From positions 208,462-272,461 of the forward strand of contig CAWFJP010000018.1 of assembly GCA_963816145.1 (NCBI GenBank): a stretch of 64,000 nucleotides of DNA. Direction: 5' to 3'. Source of the DNA: an uncultured delta proteobacterium (GTDB lineage Bacteria > Desulfobacterota > Binatia > UBA9968). Shown here one piece after another: positions 1-9,951 of this stretch. The notes under the pieces are model-generated. The model had not been told where the DNA came from. It saw nothing but the letters and a program-made list of their open reading frames with translations, and ran no database searches. Each line of letters starts with the position of its first letter. Position 1 is the stretch's first letter. A program made the position numbers and the translations under genes.

Positions 1-960
1 ATACGCGGTATGAGTAAAAGCGCCGCGGCCATTGCAATCGCCCAGGGCATAGACGCCGGGCACATTCGTTCGCAGTTGGTCATCTACTTGGATGTAGCCG
101 CGCTGATCTACGGTGACGCCGGTATTCTCCAAGCCGAGGTCGTCGGTATTGGGCACGCGGCCGACAGCTAGCAGCACATGAGTGCCACTGACTGCCTTAT
201 CGCCGGCGCTGCAATCGACATTGACAGCGACCTTGGCGTCACGTTTTTCCAAAGCGATGCATTCAGCGCCGGTTCGAATATTGACACCTTCGGCTTCAAG
301 AATTGAACTGATGGCTTGGGAAACATCGGTATCTTCGCGTTGAATAAGGCGCGGCGCCATTTCGACGACGGTTACCGCACTGCCAAAACGGCGGTACATC
401 TGGGCAAACTCCAAACCGATGTAGCTGCCGCCAATAACGATCAAATGCTCCGGCACGAAATCAACATCCATCATGGTCGAGTTGTTGAAGTATCTCACCT
501 GGTCGAGGCCGGGCAGCTTGGGAGTAGAGGCGCGGCCGCCGACGTTTATAAAAACTCTTTCTGCTTCGAGAAGGTCATTGCCGACACGGACTCGATGGGC
601 ATCGACAAAACGCCCGTGGCCTTCATAGACCGTCACAGTCTTAGTATTCTTCAGCCACTTCTCGATGCCCTCGTTGGAGCTTCGTACCACCGCATCCTTG
701 CGCGCTTTGACTTTCTTCATGTCAACCGTGATTGGCTGATCGATCATCACTCCATATTCACCGGCGCGGCGCGCGATCTGTGCCGCCCTCGCGCTGGCGA
801 TTAGCGTCTTGGTGGGAATACAACCAGTGTTGACGCAAGTACCGCCAAACCGTTTGCGTTCAATGATCGCCACTTTCATGCCCGCGCCGGCCAGCCGAAC
901 GGCAAGCGACGGCCCGGCCTGTCCGGTGCCAATGATGATTGCGTCATAATGAGTTGCCAT
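1..960 (-). CDS. FAD-containing pyridine nucleotide-disulfide oxidoreductase (mercuric reductase/RclA-like), 3' end outside window
   Basis: Not in the ORF track. Reverse strand from ATG at 960 reads MATHYDAIIIGTGQAGPSLA...ERKRFGGTCVNTGCIPTK, giving a GxGxxG motif and the redox CxxxxC. Confidence 0.9.
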   Translation of the reverse strand, partial: MATHYDAIIIGTGQAGPSLAVRLAGAGMKVAIIERKRFGGTCVNTGCIPTKTLIASARAAQIARRAGEYGVMIDQPITVDMKKVKARKDAVVRSSNEGIEKWLKNTKTVTVYEGHGRFVDAHRVRVGNDLLEAERVFINVGGRASTPKLPGLDQVRYFNNSTMMDVDFVPEHLIVIGGSYIGLEFAQMYRRFGSAVTVVEMAPRLIQREDTDVSQAISSILEAEGVNIRTGAECIALEKRDAKVAVNVDCSAGDKAVSGTHVLLAVGRVPNTDDLGLENTGVTVDQRGYIQVDDQLRTNVPGVYALGDCNGRGAFTHTAY

Positions 961-1059
961 AAGATTGCCCCCCTCAAATGGTCAAACAGAAGCAATTTCT
1001 ATAGGATACACCAAACCCTTCAGTCATCATCGACGGCCAACACTCCCTCATCTCCGGGA

Positions 1060-1160
1060 CTGACAATCGTTGGAGAAATCTCGGCCGTAGCTTGCTCGCT
1101 CAGCCAATGACCCGAGCCCTCCGCTACGGAATCTGTCACCTTGTTGACAACTTCCGACTG
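1060..1160 (-). pseudogene. Possible C-terminal remnant of an alpha/beta hydrolase
   Basis: Reads VVNKVTDSVAEGSGHWLSEQA, resembling the catalytic-His segment (GSGHWLxEE) of epoxide-hydrolase-like proteins. No intact gene is present. Confidence 0.35.
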
Positions 1161-1190
1161 GAACGACGGGGATGAACATTCTGTTCAACG

Positions 1191-1652
1191 CTACAACCGC
1201 GAAACCACCCATAGGCTACCAGCGATCGTCACGACATCTTCCGCCAATGCGACGTAGAGGTCTCGAATGCCCAACGCTTGCACAAGTCCGGTGCGCACTC
1301 TGTAACCCAGGAAGCAGCCGGCCACACCGCCGACGGCGCCAAGGAGTACGCCGAGAAATATTTCTTGCGCTGCACCGGCGGCAACACAGGCGCCGGTCAA
1401 CCCGCCCATCACGATGCGCGCGATCAGGCCGGGTGGCGCCGTGCGGCTCGGTGTCTGCGGCAGCTTGTCGGCCACCAGCTCGACGACGGCGAGCACAGTA
1501 AAAATCCCAACGGCGGGAAGCGAGCCGATGAGCGAGAGCGGGCGCTCTAGTTTCAGCCAACCCAAGTACACGGCCCACGCCGTCGCGGCCGGAGCCGTCA
1601 ACGCGCGCAATCCGCCAAAGAATCCGATGAAAAAGGCCAGCAGTAGTGTCAT
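1191..1652 (-). CDS. DUF4126-like membrane protein
   Basis: Hydrophobic 153 aa with GLRALTAPA and ELVADKLPQTPSRT motifs. Confidence 0.8.
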   Translation of the reverse strand: MTLLLAFFIGFFGGLRALTAPAATAWAVYLGWLKLERPLSLIGSLPAVGIFTVLAVVELVADKLPQTPSRTAPPGLIARIVMGGLTGACVAAGAAQEIFLGVLLGAVGGVAGCFLGYRVRTGLVQALGIRDLYVALAEDVVTIAGSLWVVSRL

Positions 1653-1692
1653 CGTGTTTTCCTGATCTTTAGATAGTGCGATTGGTTAGGCA

Positions 1693-2105
1693 TCACGTCT
1701 TTATCCAGCCGCCGCCCAATCCGGCAAGCAGTTCGTCGGTTGTTACGATCGCATGCGCGAAATTCGGCCCGTTTAGTTGCGGGGCGAAATCAGGATGCCA
1801 CTCACCACCCCAGGAGCCTTTTGCGAAGGTCTGCCTTACTGTAGGTCTCAATTGACAGGGGCTCGGATGATCCCAGTCCTCGAAGTCGCCGGGCTCCCAC
1901 CGATGATGTGGGACGATGAAGATCTGAATCTTTGCCGCCCGTGCCGCCGCAACGACGCTGCTCAAATGCTTGAGCAGATTTTCTTCCACGGCGATGGCTT
2001 TGACCATGGACCAAAGCTTGCCGCCTTCGCTCAGGAAGCCATTGTAAGAATCGACAAGCAGCAGACCAGTTCGGTCGGCGGTATAGCCGGTCGTGGAAAT
2101 TATGT
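1693..2105 (-). pseudogene. Isochorismatase-family cysteine hydrolase with internal deletion
   Basis: N-terminal LLLVD..N.FLSEGGKLW and GSWGGEWHPDFAPQ are joined directly to the C-terminal LNGPNFAHAIVTT. The catalytic Lys/Cys segment is missing and there is no ATG at the expected start. Confidence 0.7.
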
Positions 2106-2177
2106 TGTTTGCCCCCCGTCGACTCTGCACCGAAGCTTAGCGAACATGCCGAGCCGCCGGATCGCTTGGATTCCATA

Positions 2178-2798
2178 CTACAATTCCTCATACAGCCATC
2201 GTTTCACCAGCCGTGTATAGTGCGGCATGATTACAAAGGTGAGCAATGCCGTGAGCGATGCCGCGATCGTAAATCCCTTGACGAGTTGATCATTCAGAGG
2301 CGGCGGCAACCGGCTAAACAGCGGACCGAGTACTAGGGGCAGAATCAAAGTCAACGGATAAACTGCGCTAAGGGTGAGGAGGAATTGTTTCCAACGCTTT
2401 GGTGGTTTTACGCCTTCGGGCGTGAACCAGAAGTCTATTCCGGTCCTGATCTCATGCTGATCGCCTTCTTCCAGCAGGTCGCGCACACTATTGATAAAAG
2501 TTCGGCGCACGCTCGATTCAGCCCATGCATTGAGATGTCCGTGGGAGTCAAAACGCACGATGGTCGTGTATTTATTGCCGCCATGGGCCGGACGAAAAAT
2601 CTCCCTGCCAAGATAACCGGGGGAACTGCTAACCGCGCGTAGAATATCTCCAAGCCAAACTTCGTAGCGCTGCGCCTCTCCAGCCTTGATGACATGGGTA
2701 ATAATGAATGCGACCGTTGCATTTTCGCCAACCGTGTTGCGGTCGGGCCCGTTCAGCGCGATAGCGTCGTTAGTTAGAGGATCCATATTCGTGACCAT
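2178..2798 (-). CDS. Antibiotic biosynthesis monooxygenase (ABM) domain protein with C-terminal TM helices
   Basis: PGYLG...YTTIVRFDS...AW ABM motif, then TGIDFWF, PPKRWKQ and two hydrophobic segments. Confidence 0.8.
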   Translation of the reverse strand: MVTNMDPLTNDAIALNGPDRNTVGENATVAFIITHVIKAGEAQRYEVWLGDILRAVSSSPGYLGREIFRPAHGGNKYTTIVRFDSHGHLNAWAESSVRRTFINSVRDLLEEGDQHEIRTGIDFWFTPEGVKPPKRWKQFLLTLSAVYPLTLILPLVLGPLFSRLPPPLNDQLVKGFTIAASLTALLTFVIMPHYTRLVKRWLYEEL

Positions 2799-4655
2799 TC
2801 AAAATGCAAAACAATCACAGCCCGGACTCCAGAGTCCAGATTCACCGATCAGCCATCGGTGCGCTTTAGCCCCGACAGGATCACGTGGCAACTCTCCTAT
2901 CGAGTGAGAAGCATCCGCAGTCTCCCGAGGCGCTTGTTTTTCCGGCGATCGGTGATAGCCGCCAAATTGCTTTGCCGGCGACCATCCGGGACTAACCGGA
3001 AGCGGCGGCGGCGCTAGTTGGGAGAACTCCTTCGCCCCGTATACGATGTTACCGCCAACAATCGTCAGCATCGATTCAAGCTGTTTGATTTCTACTTCAG
3101 GAATGGAAAAATAATCCCCGGACAGCACGGCTAAATCGGCCCATTGGCCGGGCGCAATCGAGCCTTTCTTGCCTTCGTCGCTAGAGAACCAACTGCTGCC
3201 CACCGTATATAGCCGGAGCGCTTCCATGCGTTCGAGACGGTTGTTTTCCGGATAAAGCGCGGTCCCTCCGACGGTCTTGCCCGTGACGAGCCAATACAGT
3301 GCGACGAAAGGATTGTAACTCGCGACACGGGTTGCGTCGGTGCCGGCACCGACAGGAACGCCCAGATCCAACATCCGCCGAATCGGTGGCGTCCGCTCAG
3401 CTTGCTTGGCGCCGTAGCGGTCAACGAAATATTCGCCTTGATACGCCATCCGGTGCTGCACGGCGATGCCGCCGCCTAGCGCTTTGATTCTCTCGATGTT
3501 GCGGTCGGAAATTGTCTCGCAATGATCGAAAAACCAGTGCAAGCCCGCGAATGGAATATCTCGATTGACGTCTTCATAGACGTTGAGCGCGCGTGCGATG
3601 GTTTCGTCGTAGGTCGCGTGCAGACGGAACGGCCAACGGTTTTCGACGAGGTGGTGGATCACCGCTTTGAGCTCGGATTCCATCACGGGCGACATGTCTG
3701 GGCGGGGTTCGAGGAAGTCTTCGAAATCCGCCGCCGAATAGACCAGCATCTCGCCGGCGCCGTTCACCCGGTAAAAATCGTCGCCAACGCCCGGCTTCGT
3801 CAACTGCGTCCATTGGCGAAAGTCCGCCAACTCCTCCTTCGGCTTCTGGGTGAAGAGATTGTAAGCCAACCGCAAGGTCATCTCGCCGCGTTTGTGCAGT
3901 TCATCGATGACCGCGTAGTCATCGGGATAATTCTGAAAGCCGCCACCGGCGTCGATGGCGCTGGTGACACCGAAGCGATTGAGCTCGCGCATGAAGTGGC
4001 GCGTCGAATTGATCTGATCTTCGCGCGCTAACTTTGGCCCCTTAGCGAGCGTAGAATACAAAATGCTCGCGTTCGGCCTGGCGATCAGCAACCCCGTCGG
4101 ATTGCCTTGCTTGTCTCGCTGGATTTCACCGCCCACTGGCGCCGGCGTGTCTTTGGTATAGCCGACCGCGCGCAACGCCGCGCTGTTCAACAAGGCGCGG
4201 TCATACAAATGCAGAACGAAAACCGGTGTGTCGGGCGCAGCTCGATTGATCTCGTCCAAGGTCGGCATGCGCCGCTCGGCAAATTGAAACTCGGTCCAGC
4301 CGCCGACCACGCGCACCCACTGCGGCGGCGGCGTGCGCGCCGCTTGCTCCTTCAGCAAGCGCAGCGCATCCGCCAGGGACGGCACGCCGTCCCAGCGCAA
4401 TTCCATGTTGTAGTTCAGCCCGCCGCGGATCGGATGCATGTGGGAATCGTTAAGGCCTGGAATCACGGTCCGGCGGCCGAGATCGACCACCTCGGTCTTC
4501 GAGCCTCGTAGACCCATGATTTCCTGATCCGAGCCGGCAGCGAGAAATCGACCCCCGCCGATGGCAACGGCCTGTGCGAAAGCGCAAGCGGCGTCTACGG
4601 TGGCGATGCGACCGTTGGTCAATATCAAATCCGCCTCGACATGCTTTTCAGCCAT
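2799..4655 (-). CDS. Amidohydrolase family 3 (YtcJ/NfdA-like)
   Basis: PGLNDSHMH metal motif, plus RLHAT, DHCE, GTDATRV and GSIAPGQWADL. Confidence 0.9.
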   Translation of the reverse strand: MAEKHVEADLILTNGRIATVDAACAFAQAVAIGGGRFLAAGSDQEIMGLRGSKTEVVDLGRRTVIPGLNDSHMHPIRGGLNYNMELRWDGVPSLADALRLLKEQAARTPPPQWVRVVGGWTEFQFAERRMPTLDEINRAAPDTPVFVLHLYDRALLNSAALRAVGYTKDTPAPVGGEIQRDKQGNPTGLLIARPNASILYSTLAKGPKLAREDQINSTRHFMRELNRFGVTSAIDAGGGFQNYPDDYAVIDELHKRGEMTLRLAYNLFTQKPKEELADFRQWTQLTKPGVGDDFYRVNGAGEMLVYSAADFEDFLEPRPDMSPVMESELKAVIHHLVENRWPFRLHATYDETIARALNVYEDVNRDIPFAGLHWFFDHCETISDRNIERIKALGGGIAVQHRMAYQGEYFVDRYGAKQAERTPPIRRMLDLGVPVGAGTDATRVASYNPFVALYWLVTGKTVGGTALYPENNRLERMEALRLYTVGSSWFSSDEGKKGSIAPGQWADLAVLSGDYFSIPEVEIKQLESMLTIVGGNIVYGAKEFSQLAPPPLPVSPGWSPAKQFGGYHRSPEKQAPRETADASHSIGELPRDPVGAKAHRWLIGESGLWSPGCDCFAF

Positions 4656-4694
4656 AGTGGATCCTCCGCATCGAAACAGCGGATGCTTACGGAA

Positions 4695-5396
4695 TTACTT
4701 ATGCGCGGGCGCCGGCACGACGTATTCGGGAAATTTCGTCGGCGCTGCACCGTGCACCATTGTATAGGCATACTCCACGCCGACTCCGTAGGCGCCGCAA
4801 TGATTTTTCACGATGTCCATGATCGCATCGTAGGTATCTTTCAAAGCCCAGTCGCGCTGCCACTCGAGCATCACCGAGAGCGCAGTCACGGGTTTGGCGC
4901 CGGCTTGAATCACGCGTTTCATCGCGTTGTCGTGCGAAAGCTGACTTACGTCGCCGCAGCAATCTTCGACGACATAAATTTCATAACCGTCGTGGATTGC
5001 CTGGATCGTCGGCAACGCCACGCAGGTCTCGGTCCACAGGCCGGACAGAACAATCTTCTTCTTGCCGCTCCTTTCTATTGCCGCGACGAAGTTCGCGTCG
5101 TCCCAAGAATTCATCGAGGAACGCTCGATGGGCGATTGATTCGGAAATATAGCCTGGATCTGCGGCCACATATTGCCGCTGAAGCTCTTGGTCTCGACCG
5201 TGCTGAGGACGACCGGAACGTCGAACACCTTTGCGGCTTTCAACAGCGCGACGTTATTGTTGATGATCGCCTGGCGATCGAAGTTGGCGACGCCAAACAA
5301 CATCTGCGGTTGCAGATCGATAATCGCGACGACACAGTTGTCCGGCGTCAGCAGACCTTTCTCGCTGCGCTTCGCACGATCATTATTTTGAGCCAT
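4695..5396 (-). CDS. YcaC-like isochorismatase-family hydrolase
   Basis: IDLQPQM, ERSSMNSW, GLWTETC (catalytic Cys) and LEWQRDW. A GGAGGA RBS precedes the ATG at 5396. Confidence 0.88.
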   Translation of the reverse strand: MAQNNDRAKRSEKGLLTPDNCVVAIIDLQPQMLFGVANFDRQAIINNNVALLKAAKVFDVPVVLSTVETKSFSGNMWPQIQAIFPNQSPIERSSMNSWDDANFVAAIERSGKKKIVLSGLWTETCVALPTIQAIHDGYEIYVVEDCCGDVSQLSHDNAMKRVIQAGAKPVTALSVMLEWQRDWALKDTYDAIMDIVKNHCGAYGVGVEYAYTMVHGAAPTKFPEYVVPAPAHK

Positions 5397-5513
5397 GATT
5401 TTCTCCTCCGTCAAATTAGATAACGCTATTAAAATCGCAGATTTTGAATCATCTTTGCTGCTGGTACATTCTTCGAAAATGCTCCATCTTCGAAGCTTGG
5501 CCTGAGCAATCGT

Positions 5514-5915
5514 TCAGCCTTTCGATAACGCGTGCGCCAGCAGCGCGGTGTCGGTGAAAGCACGCATTCGTTGGAGATAGCCCTCGCGAACTGTCCAGAC
5601 ATGGGCAAAAGGCACATCGACGGGCACACCGCCTTTTCGTGTCTTTCCCTGGATGCGACCGAGCGCGACGACCTCGTCGTCCTGGGCGATGAATTCTTCG
5701 GCGACGAAATGAACGTCGAGAGCTTTATAGAAGCTGCTGAGAAAGCGCTCGAGCACGTCTTGAAGACCGACGAAATGGCCGCAGCCAACGGGCATGCCTT
5801 CCGGCATGTCGTAGACGACGTGCGGTGCCTGGAGCCCGCGCAGCGACTCCCGGTGGCCGGGGACTGTAGCTTCGTAGAAGGCGCGAACGCGCTTGGTGTT
5901 TTCTTCTTCAATCAT
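5514..5915 (-). CDS. SnoaL/NTF2-like protein
   Basis: MIEEENTKRVRAFYEA...EEFIAQDDEVVALG...FAHVWTVREG...FTDT. GGAG RBS upstream. Confidence 0.85.
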   Translation of the reverse strand: MIEEENTKRVRAFYEATVPGHRESLRGLQAPHVVYDMPEGMPVGCGHFVGLQDVLERFLSSFYKALDVHFVAEEFIAQDDEVVALGRIQGKTRKGGVPVDVPFAHVWTVREGYLQRMRAFTDTALLAHALSKG

Positions 5916-5995
5916 GTTTTCTTGCTCCGTTCCGATAGGTGTCGTCTCTTGCTCACGTCGAATTTCGCCGCCGTCGCCGGCAAACGTTTCTTGAT

Positions 5996-6268
5996 TCAAT
6001 ATTCCGCAACGGCATCGTCGGGATAACAGTACAACCAACGTTCCCCTGGCTCCGCCGATGCGATCACCGGGTGTTTGCTGGCACGCGCGTGCTTGGTCGC
6101 GTGGCGATTGGGAGAATCGTCGCAACAATGGGTGGCGCCGCATTCTTGACAGATGCGCAGATGAACCCAATCCGCGCCGATTTTCACACATTCATCGCAC
6201 TGACGATGTTTGGCGTGTTTGACGGTCGCGACAGCCTCGATATGCGCGCAGGTTGCCTCAGCCATCAT
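5996..6268 (-). CDS. UBP-type zinc finger protein
   Basis: CAH..CDECVK..WVHLRICQECG..CCDDSPNRHATKH..EPGERW.YCY. Has its own AGGAGG RBS. Confidence 0.85.
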   Translation of the reverse strand: MMAEATCAHIEAVATVKHAKHRQCDECVKIGADWVHLRICQECGATHCCDDSPNRHATKHARASKHPVIASAEPGERWLYCYPDDAVAEY

Positions 6269-6277
6269 CAATTTCCT

Positions 6278-7961
6278 CCTATCGGGCAGCGCCTGATGGA
6301 CGAAGGAGATCGCGATCGACCCCTCGCCCACTGCCGACGCCACGCGCTTGATATTGCCGCCCCGGACATCGCCGACCGCGAACACTCCAGGCAGACTCGT
6401 TTCGAGAAGATGTGGAACCCTGGCGAGCGGCCAATGCGCGGCAGCCAAATCCTCTGGCGATAGATCCGGGCCCGTCTTGATAAATCCTTTCGCATCGAGC
6501 GCGACGCAGCCTCGAAAGCCACTGGTGCCGGGAACTGCACCGGTCATGACGAAAACATGCCTTATGTCGTGGGTCTCGATGTTACCGGTCTCGATGATCG
6601 CGCCAGCGCACGCGTTCGAGATGATTATTCCCTTCGAGGGCGACGATTTCGGTGTTGGTTCTGAGGACAATGGCCGGATTCTGTTCGATCCGACGAATCA
6701 GATAGCGCGACATGCTCTCGCGCCAGCCCGTTCGCCCGCACGAGCATATGCACACGCTTCGCGGTCTGAGCCAGAAACACCGCGGCCTGGCCGGCCGAGT
6801 TCCCGCCGCCGACGACAACGACTTCTTCGTTTCGGCACAACTGCGCTTCCATGAACGTCGCGCCGTAGTATACGCCCGCGTTCTCGAACTGCGGCAAATT
6901 CTCGATGGACGGTTTCCGATACGCGGCACCGGTGGCGATGATAACGGTGCGCGCTGAATACGCGTACATCGTCGTCGATCTCAATGGCGTAGGGCTTGCG
7001 GTCGCACACGAGGCGTTTGGCGTCCTTCGCGATCATCACCTGGGCGCCGAACTTCTGCGCCTGGGTGTACGCCCGTCCGGCGAGCGCTTGACCCGAGATC
7101 CCGGTCGGAAAGCCCAGATAGTTCTCGATCTTCGAGCTGGAACCGGCCTGCCCGCCTGGCGAGTTGGTCTCCAGCACCAAGACATCGAGTCCCTCCGATG
7201 CGGCGTACACGGCCGCGGCCAGTCCCGCAGGTCCCGCGCCGACGACGATCACATCCCGTATCTGGGTCTGGTCGATGGCCTCATTGAAGCCGAGGCATGC
7301 CGCGATCTGCTGGTTGGATGGATTGCGCAGCACCATCTCGCCACGGCAGATCAGCACGGGAACATCTGCGGCAGTGACCTGAAACCGATCGAGTAATTCC
7401 TGGACCTCGGCGTCGCGGTCGAGATCGATGTACGAGTATGGATGGGCGTTGCGCGTCAGGAACTCTTTGACGCGCAGCGTTCCGGAGCAATGGTTAGAGC
7501 CAAGGAGCACCACGTCGCCAAGCCCGTGGGCGATCAGCTCCACCCGGCGCAGGATGAAAGCGCGCATGATCAGCTCGCTGAGCTCGCTATCGGTCTGCAC
7601 CAGCGCCAGCAATTGTTCGCGATCGAGCTCGATCACTTCAGACGGCTCGCTGGCGCGGGATCGTACAAGCGCTGGGCGGCCCGAAAGCATGTTGACCTCG
7701 CCGGTAAAGTGGCCCGCTTCATGGACCACGACGAGAGTCTCGCTGTTGCCGGACGGCCGAACAACTTCGATCCGACCCGCGGTGACGACGAAGAACGGTA
7801 CGATGCGCGCTCCGGCCTCGACCAGCAACTCGCCGGCTCGGATCGAACGTACATGCCCATGAGCGGCGATCCGTTTTATCTGCGCCGGCGTCAAGGTCGG
7901 AAACGTGCGCTCGGCACCCGAGGCAAGCATCGATGCCAGAGGAAGAACTGCATTCAGTCAT
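6278..7961 (-). pseudogene. cNMP-binding domain + thioredoxin-reductase-like FAD oxidoreductase, multiply frameshifted
   Basis: cNMP domain (FTGE), GAGPAG, IENYLGFPTGISG, IATGA.Y, VVGGGNSAGQAA and PGVFAVGDVR are split across ORFs 6698-7930, 6625-6984, 6582-6929 and 5996-6670. Confidence 0.8.
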
Positions 7962-7998
7962 TGGAGATGCACCGTTATCGATTGCATTGGCATTCCGA

Positions 7999-9018
7999 CT
8001 ATCCCATCGTCAGCACCGCGCGAAACCGCGCCTTGCCGCTCATCATGTGCTCGTATCCTTCGGCCGCTCGCTCCAGCGGAAATACTTCATTCATGGGCCG
8101 CACGCCGGTGAGCAGGCTGAAAGAAAGCGTATCCTGCGAGTCAATCGAGCAGCCGGAAGGCCAACCCAAGATCGAACGTCTACCCAGGAGCAGCGGAATC
8201 CCAGACACTTGGAGCGGCTCAGCCGCGGCACCCAGGATGACTAATTTTCCGTTGACGCCGAGACCGCCCAATGTCGCGCTCATCGCGTCGCCATTCGTCA
8301 CCGTCGCGAGGACGACCTTGGCGCCGCCCAACTTCAGCAGTTCCGCGGCGGGGTCTTGCGCTTTACTATCGATGTAAGACCAAGCCCCGAGCTTTCGTGC
8401 CAGCGGCTCCTTGTCCATGCCGCGTGCGATGGCAACGGTCCGAAAACCCATTTTCGCGGCGAACTGCACGCCCAGGTGGCCGAGACCGCCGATGCCGAGT
8501 ATGGCGACCAGATCGCCGGGCCGCGCGCCGCTGTTGCGCAGAGGATTAAAAGTGGTGACTCCCGCACACATCAGCGGTCCTGCTTCGACCGCTGAAAGTC
8601 CTTCCGGAATTGATGCCAGTGCACCCGCGGGAGCGATCATGTATTCGGCGTAGCCGCCGTCATAGGCGATGCCGGGAACTTTGGGCGCGACCTGGCAGGT
8701 GACAAAGTCGCCACGGCGGCAAGAGTCGCAATAGCCGCAATGTCCGCCATGCCAACCGACACCGACGCGTTGACCCACCGTCCAGCCCACGACACCGGCA
8801 CCGAGCGCGTCGATGACGCCGGCGACTTCATGACCGGGAACGCGCGGATACTCGATGCCCGGCCACAAGCCTTCCTTGGTCATGGCGTCGCTGTGGCAGA
8901 TGCCGCAGGCCTCAACCTTTATCCGTGCCGAACCGGTGCCGGGTTGCGGAATATCGCGTTCGACAATTTCAAAGGGTCCCTTGGGGCGAGTAATTTGAGC
9001 GACGCGCATCTTTGACAT
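7999..9018 (-). CDS. Zinc-dependent alcohol dehydrogenase (AdhP-like)
   Basis: CGICHSD, GHEVAG, structural-Zn CGYCDSC...C and GIGGLG. GGAGGA RBS before MSKMR. Confidence 0.92.
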   Translation of the reverse strand: MSKMRVAQITRPKGPFEIVERDIPQPGTGSARIKVEACGICHSDAMTKEGLWPGIEYPRVPGHEVAGVIDALGAGVVGWTVGQRVGVGWHGGHCGYCDSCRRGDFVTCQVAPKVPGIAYDGGYAEYMIAPAGALASIPEGLSAVEAGPLMCAGVTTFNPLRNSGARPGDLVAILGIGGLGHLGVQFAAKMGFRTVAIARGMDKEPLARKLGAWSYIDSKAQDPAAELLKLGGAKVVLATVTNGDAMSATLGGLGVNGKLVILGAAAEPLQVSGIPLLLGRRSILGWPSGCSIDSQDTLSFSLLTGVRPMNEVFPLERAAEGYEHMMSGKARFRAVLTMG

Positions 9019-9064
9019 AGTTCCTCCGATCGTAAATCTTTCTGCGACTCGGATATGTGGATGC

Positions 9065-9898
9065 TCACTCCTTGATGAACGCGAGCAGATCTGCGTTGAT
9101 TTGATCCTTGTGCGTCGAGCACATTCCATGCGGTAATCCGGGATAGACTTTCAACATGGAACCCTTCACGAGCTTGGAAGACAACATGGCCGAAGCGCCG
9201 ATCGGTACGATCTGGTCGTCGTCACCGTGCATGATCAAGGTCGGCACGTCGAACTTCTTGAGATCCTCGGTGAGATCGGTCTCGGAAAACGCCTTGATGC
9301 AAAAGTAGGAGGCCGGAAAACCGGCCATCATCCCCTGGAGCCAAAACGATTCGCGCACGCCCTCCGAGATTTTTGCTCCCGGCCGGTTGTAACCATAGAA
9401 GGGCAGAGTCAAATCCTTCCAAAACTGCGAGCGATCGGCAAGCACACCAGCACGAATTTGGTCGAATGCAGCCATCGGGAGGCCGCCGGGATTGGCCGCC
9501 GTCTTCAGCATCAGCGGCGGCACCGCGCCGATCAGCACCGTCTTGGCCACACGCTTGGTGCCGTGCCGGCCGATATAGCGCGCGACCTCGCCGCCGCCGG
9601 TGGAGTGGCCGACGTGGATAGCGTCCTTCAAATCGAGGGCTTCGGTTAACTTGGCGAGATCGTCGGCGTAGGTGTCCATGTCGTTGCCGCTCCACGGCTG
9701 ACTCGAGCGGCCGTGGCCGCGCCGGTCATGGGCGATGCAGCGGTAGCCGCGCGACGCCAGATAGAACATCTGGTCCTCCCAAGCGTCGGCGCTTAACGGC
9801 CAACCGTGGCTAAAAACCACCGGCTGCCCGCTGCCCCAATCCTTGTAGTAAATTTGTATGTCGTTGGAATTGTCCTTGCCTACCGTGACGTAACCCAT
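9065..9898 (-). CDS. cpo: Non-heme chloroperoxidase / arylesterase (alpha/beta hydrolase)
   Basis: [41 protein letters not shown] and PHG. Confidence 0.9.
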   Translation of the reverse strand: MGYVTVGKDNSNDIQIYYKDWGSGQPVVFSHGWPLSADAWEDQMFYLASRGYRCIAHDRRGHGRSSQPWSGNDMDTYADDLAKLTEALDLKDAIHVGHSTGGGEVARYIGRHGTKRVAKTVLIGAVPPLMLKTAANPGGLPMAAFDQIRAGVLADRSQFWKDLTLPFYGYNRPGAKISEGVRESFWLQGMMAGFPASYFCIKAFSETDLTEDLKKFDVPTLIMHGDDDQIVPIGASAMLSSKLVKGSMLKVYPGLPHGMCSTHKDQINADLLAFIKE

Positions 9899-9951
9899 GG
9901 CAAATCTCCTTCAATTAGAATTTCATATCTGGTCGGTTATTGACGGCGGAA

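Noticed and set aside
1-960. merA / mercury resistance
   Set aside because: There is no NmerA domain and no mer neighbours, and the C-terminus is outside the window, so only a family-level call is supported.
5996-6670. Apparent TrxB C-terminus/zf-UBP fusion protein
   Set aside because: It arises from a 1-nt loss at the upstream stop (CCC GA TAG). The zinc-finger gene has its own RBS and ATG.
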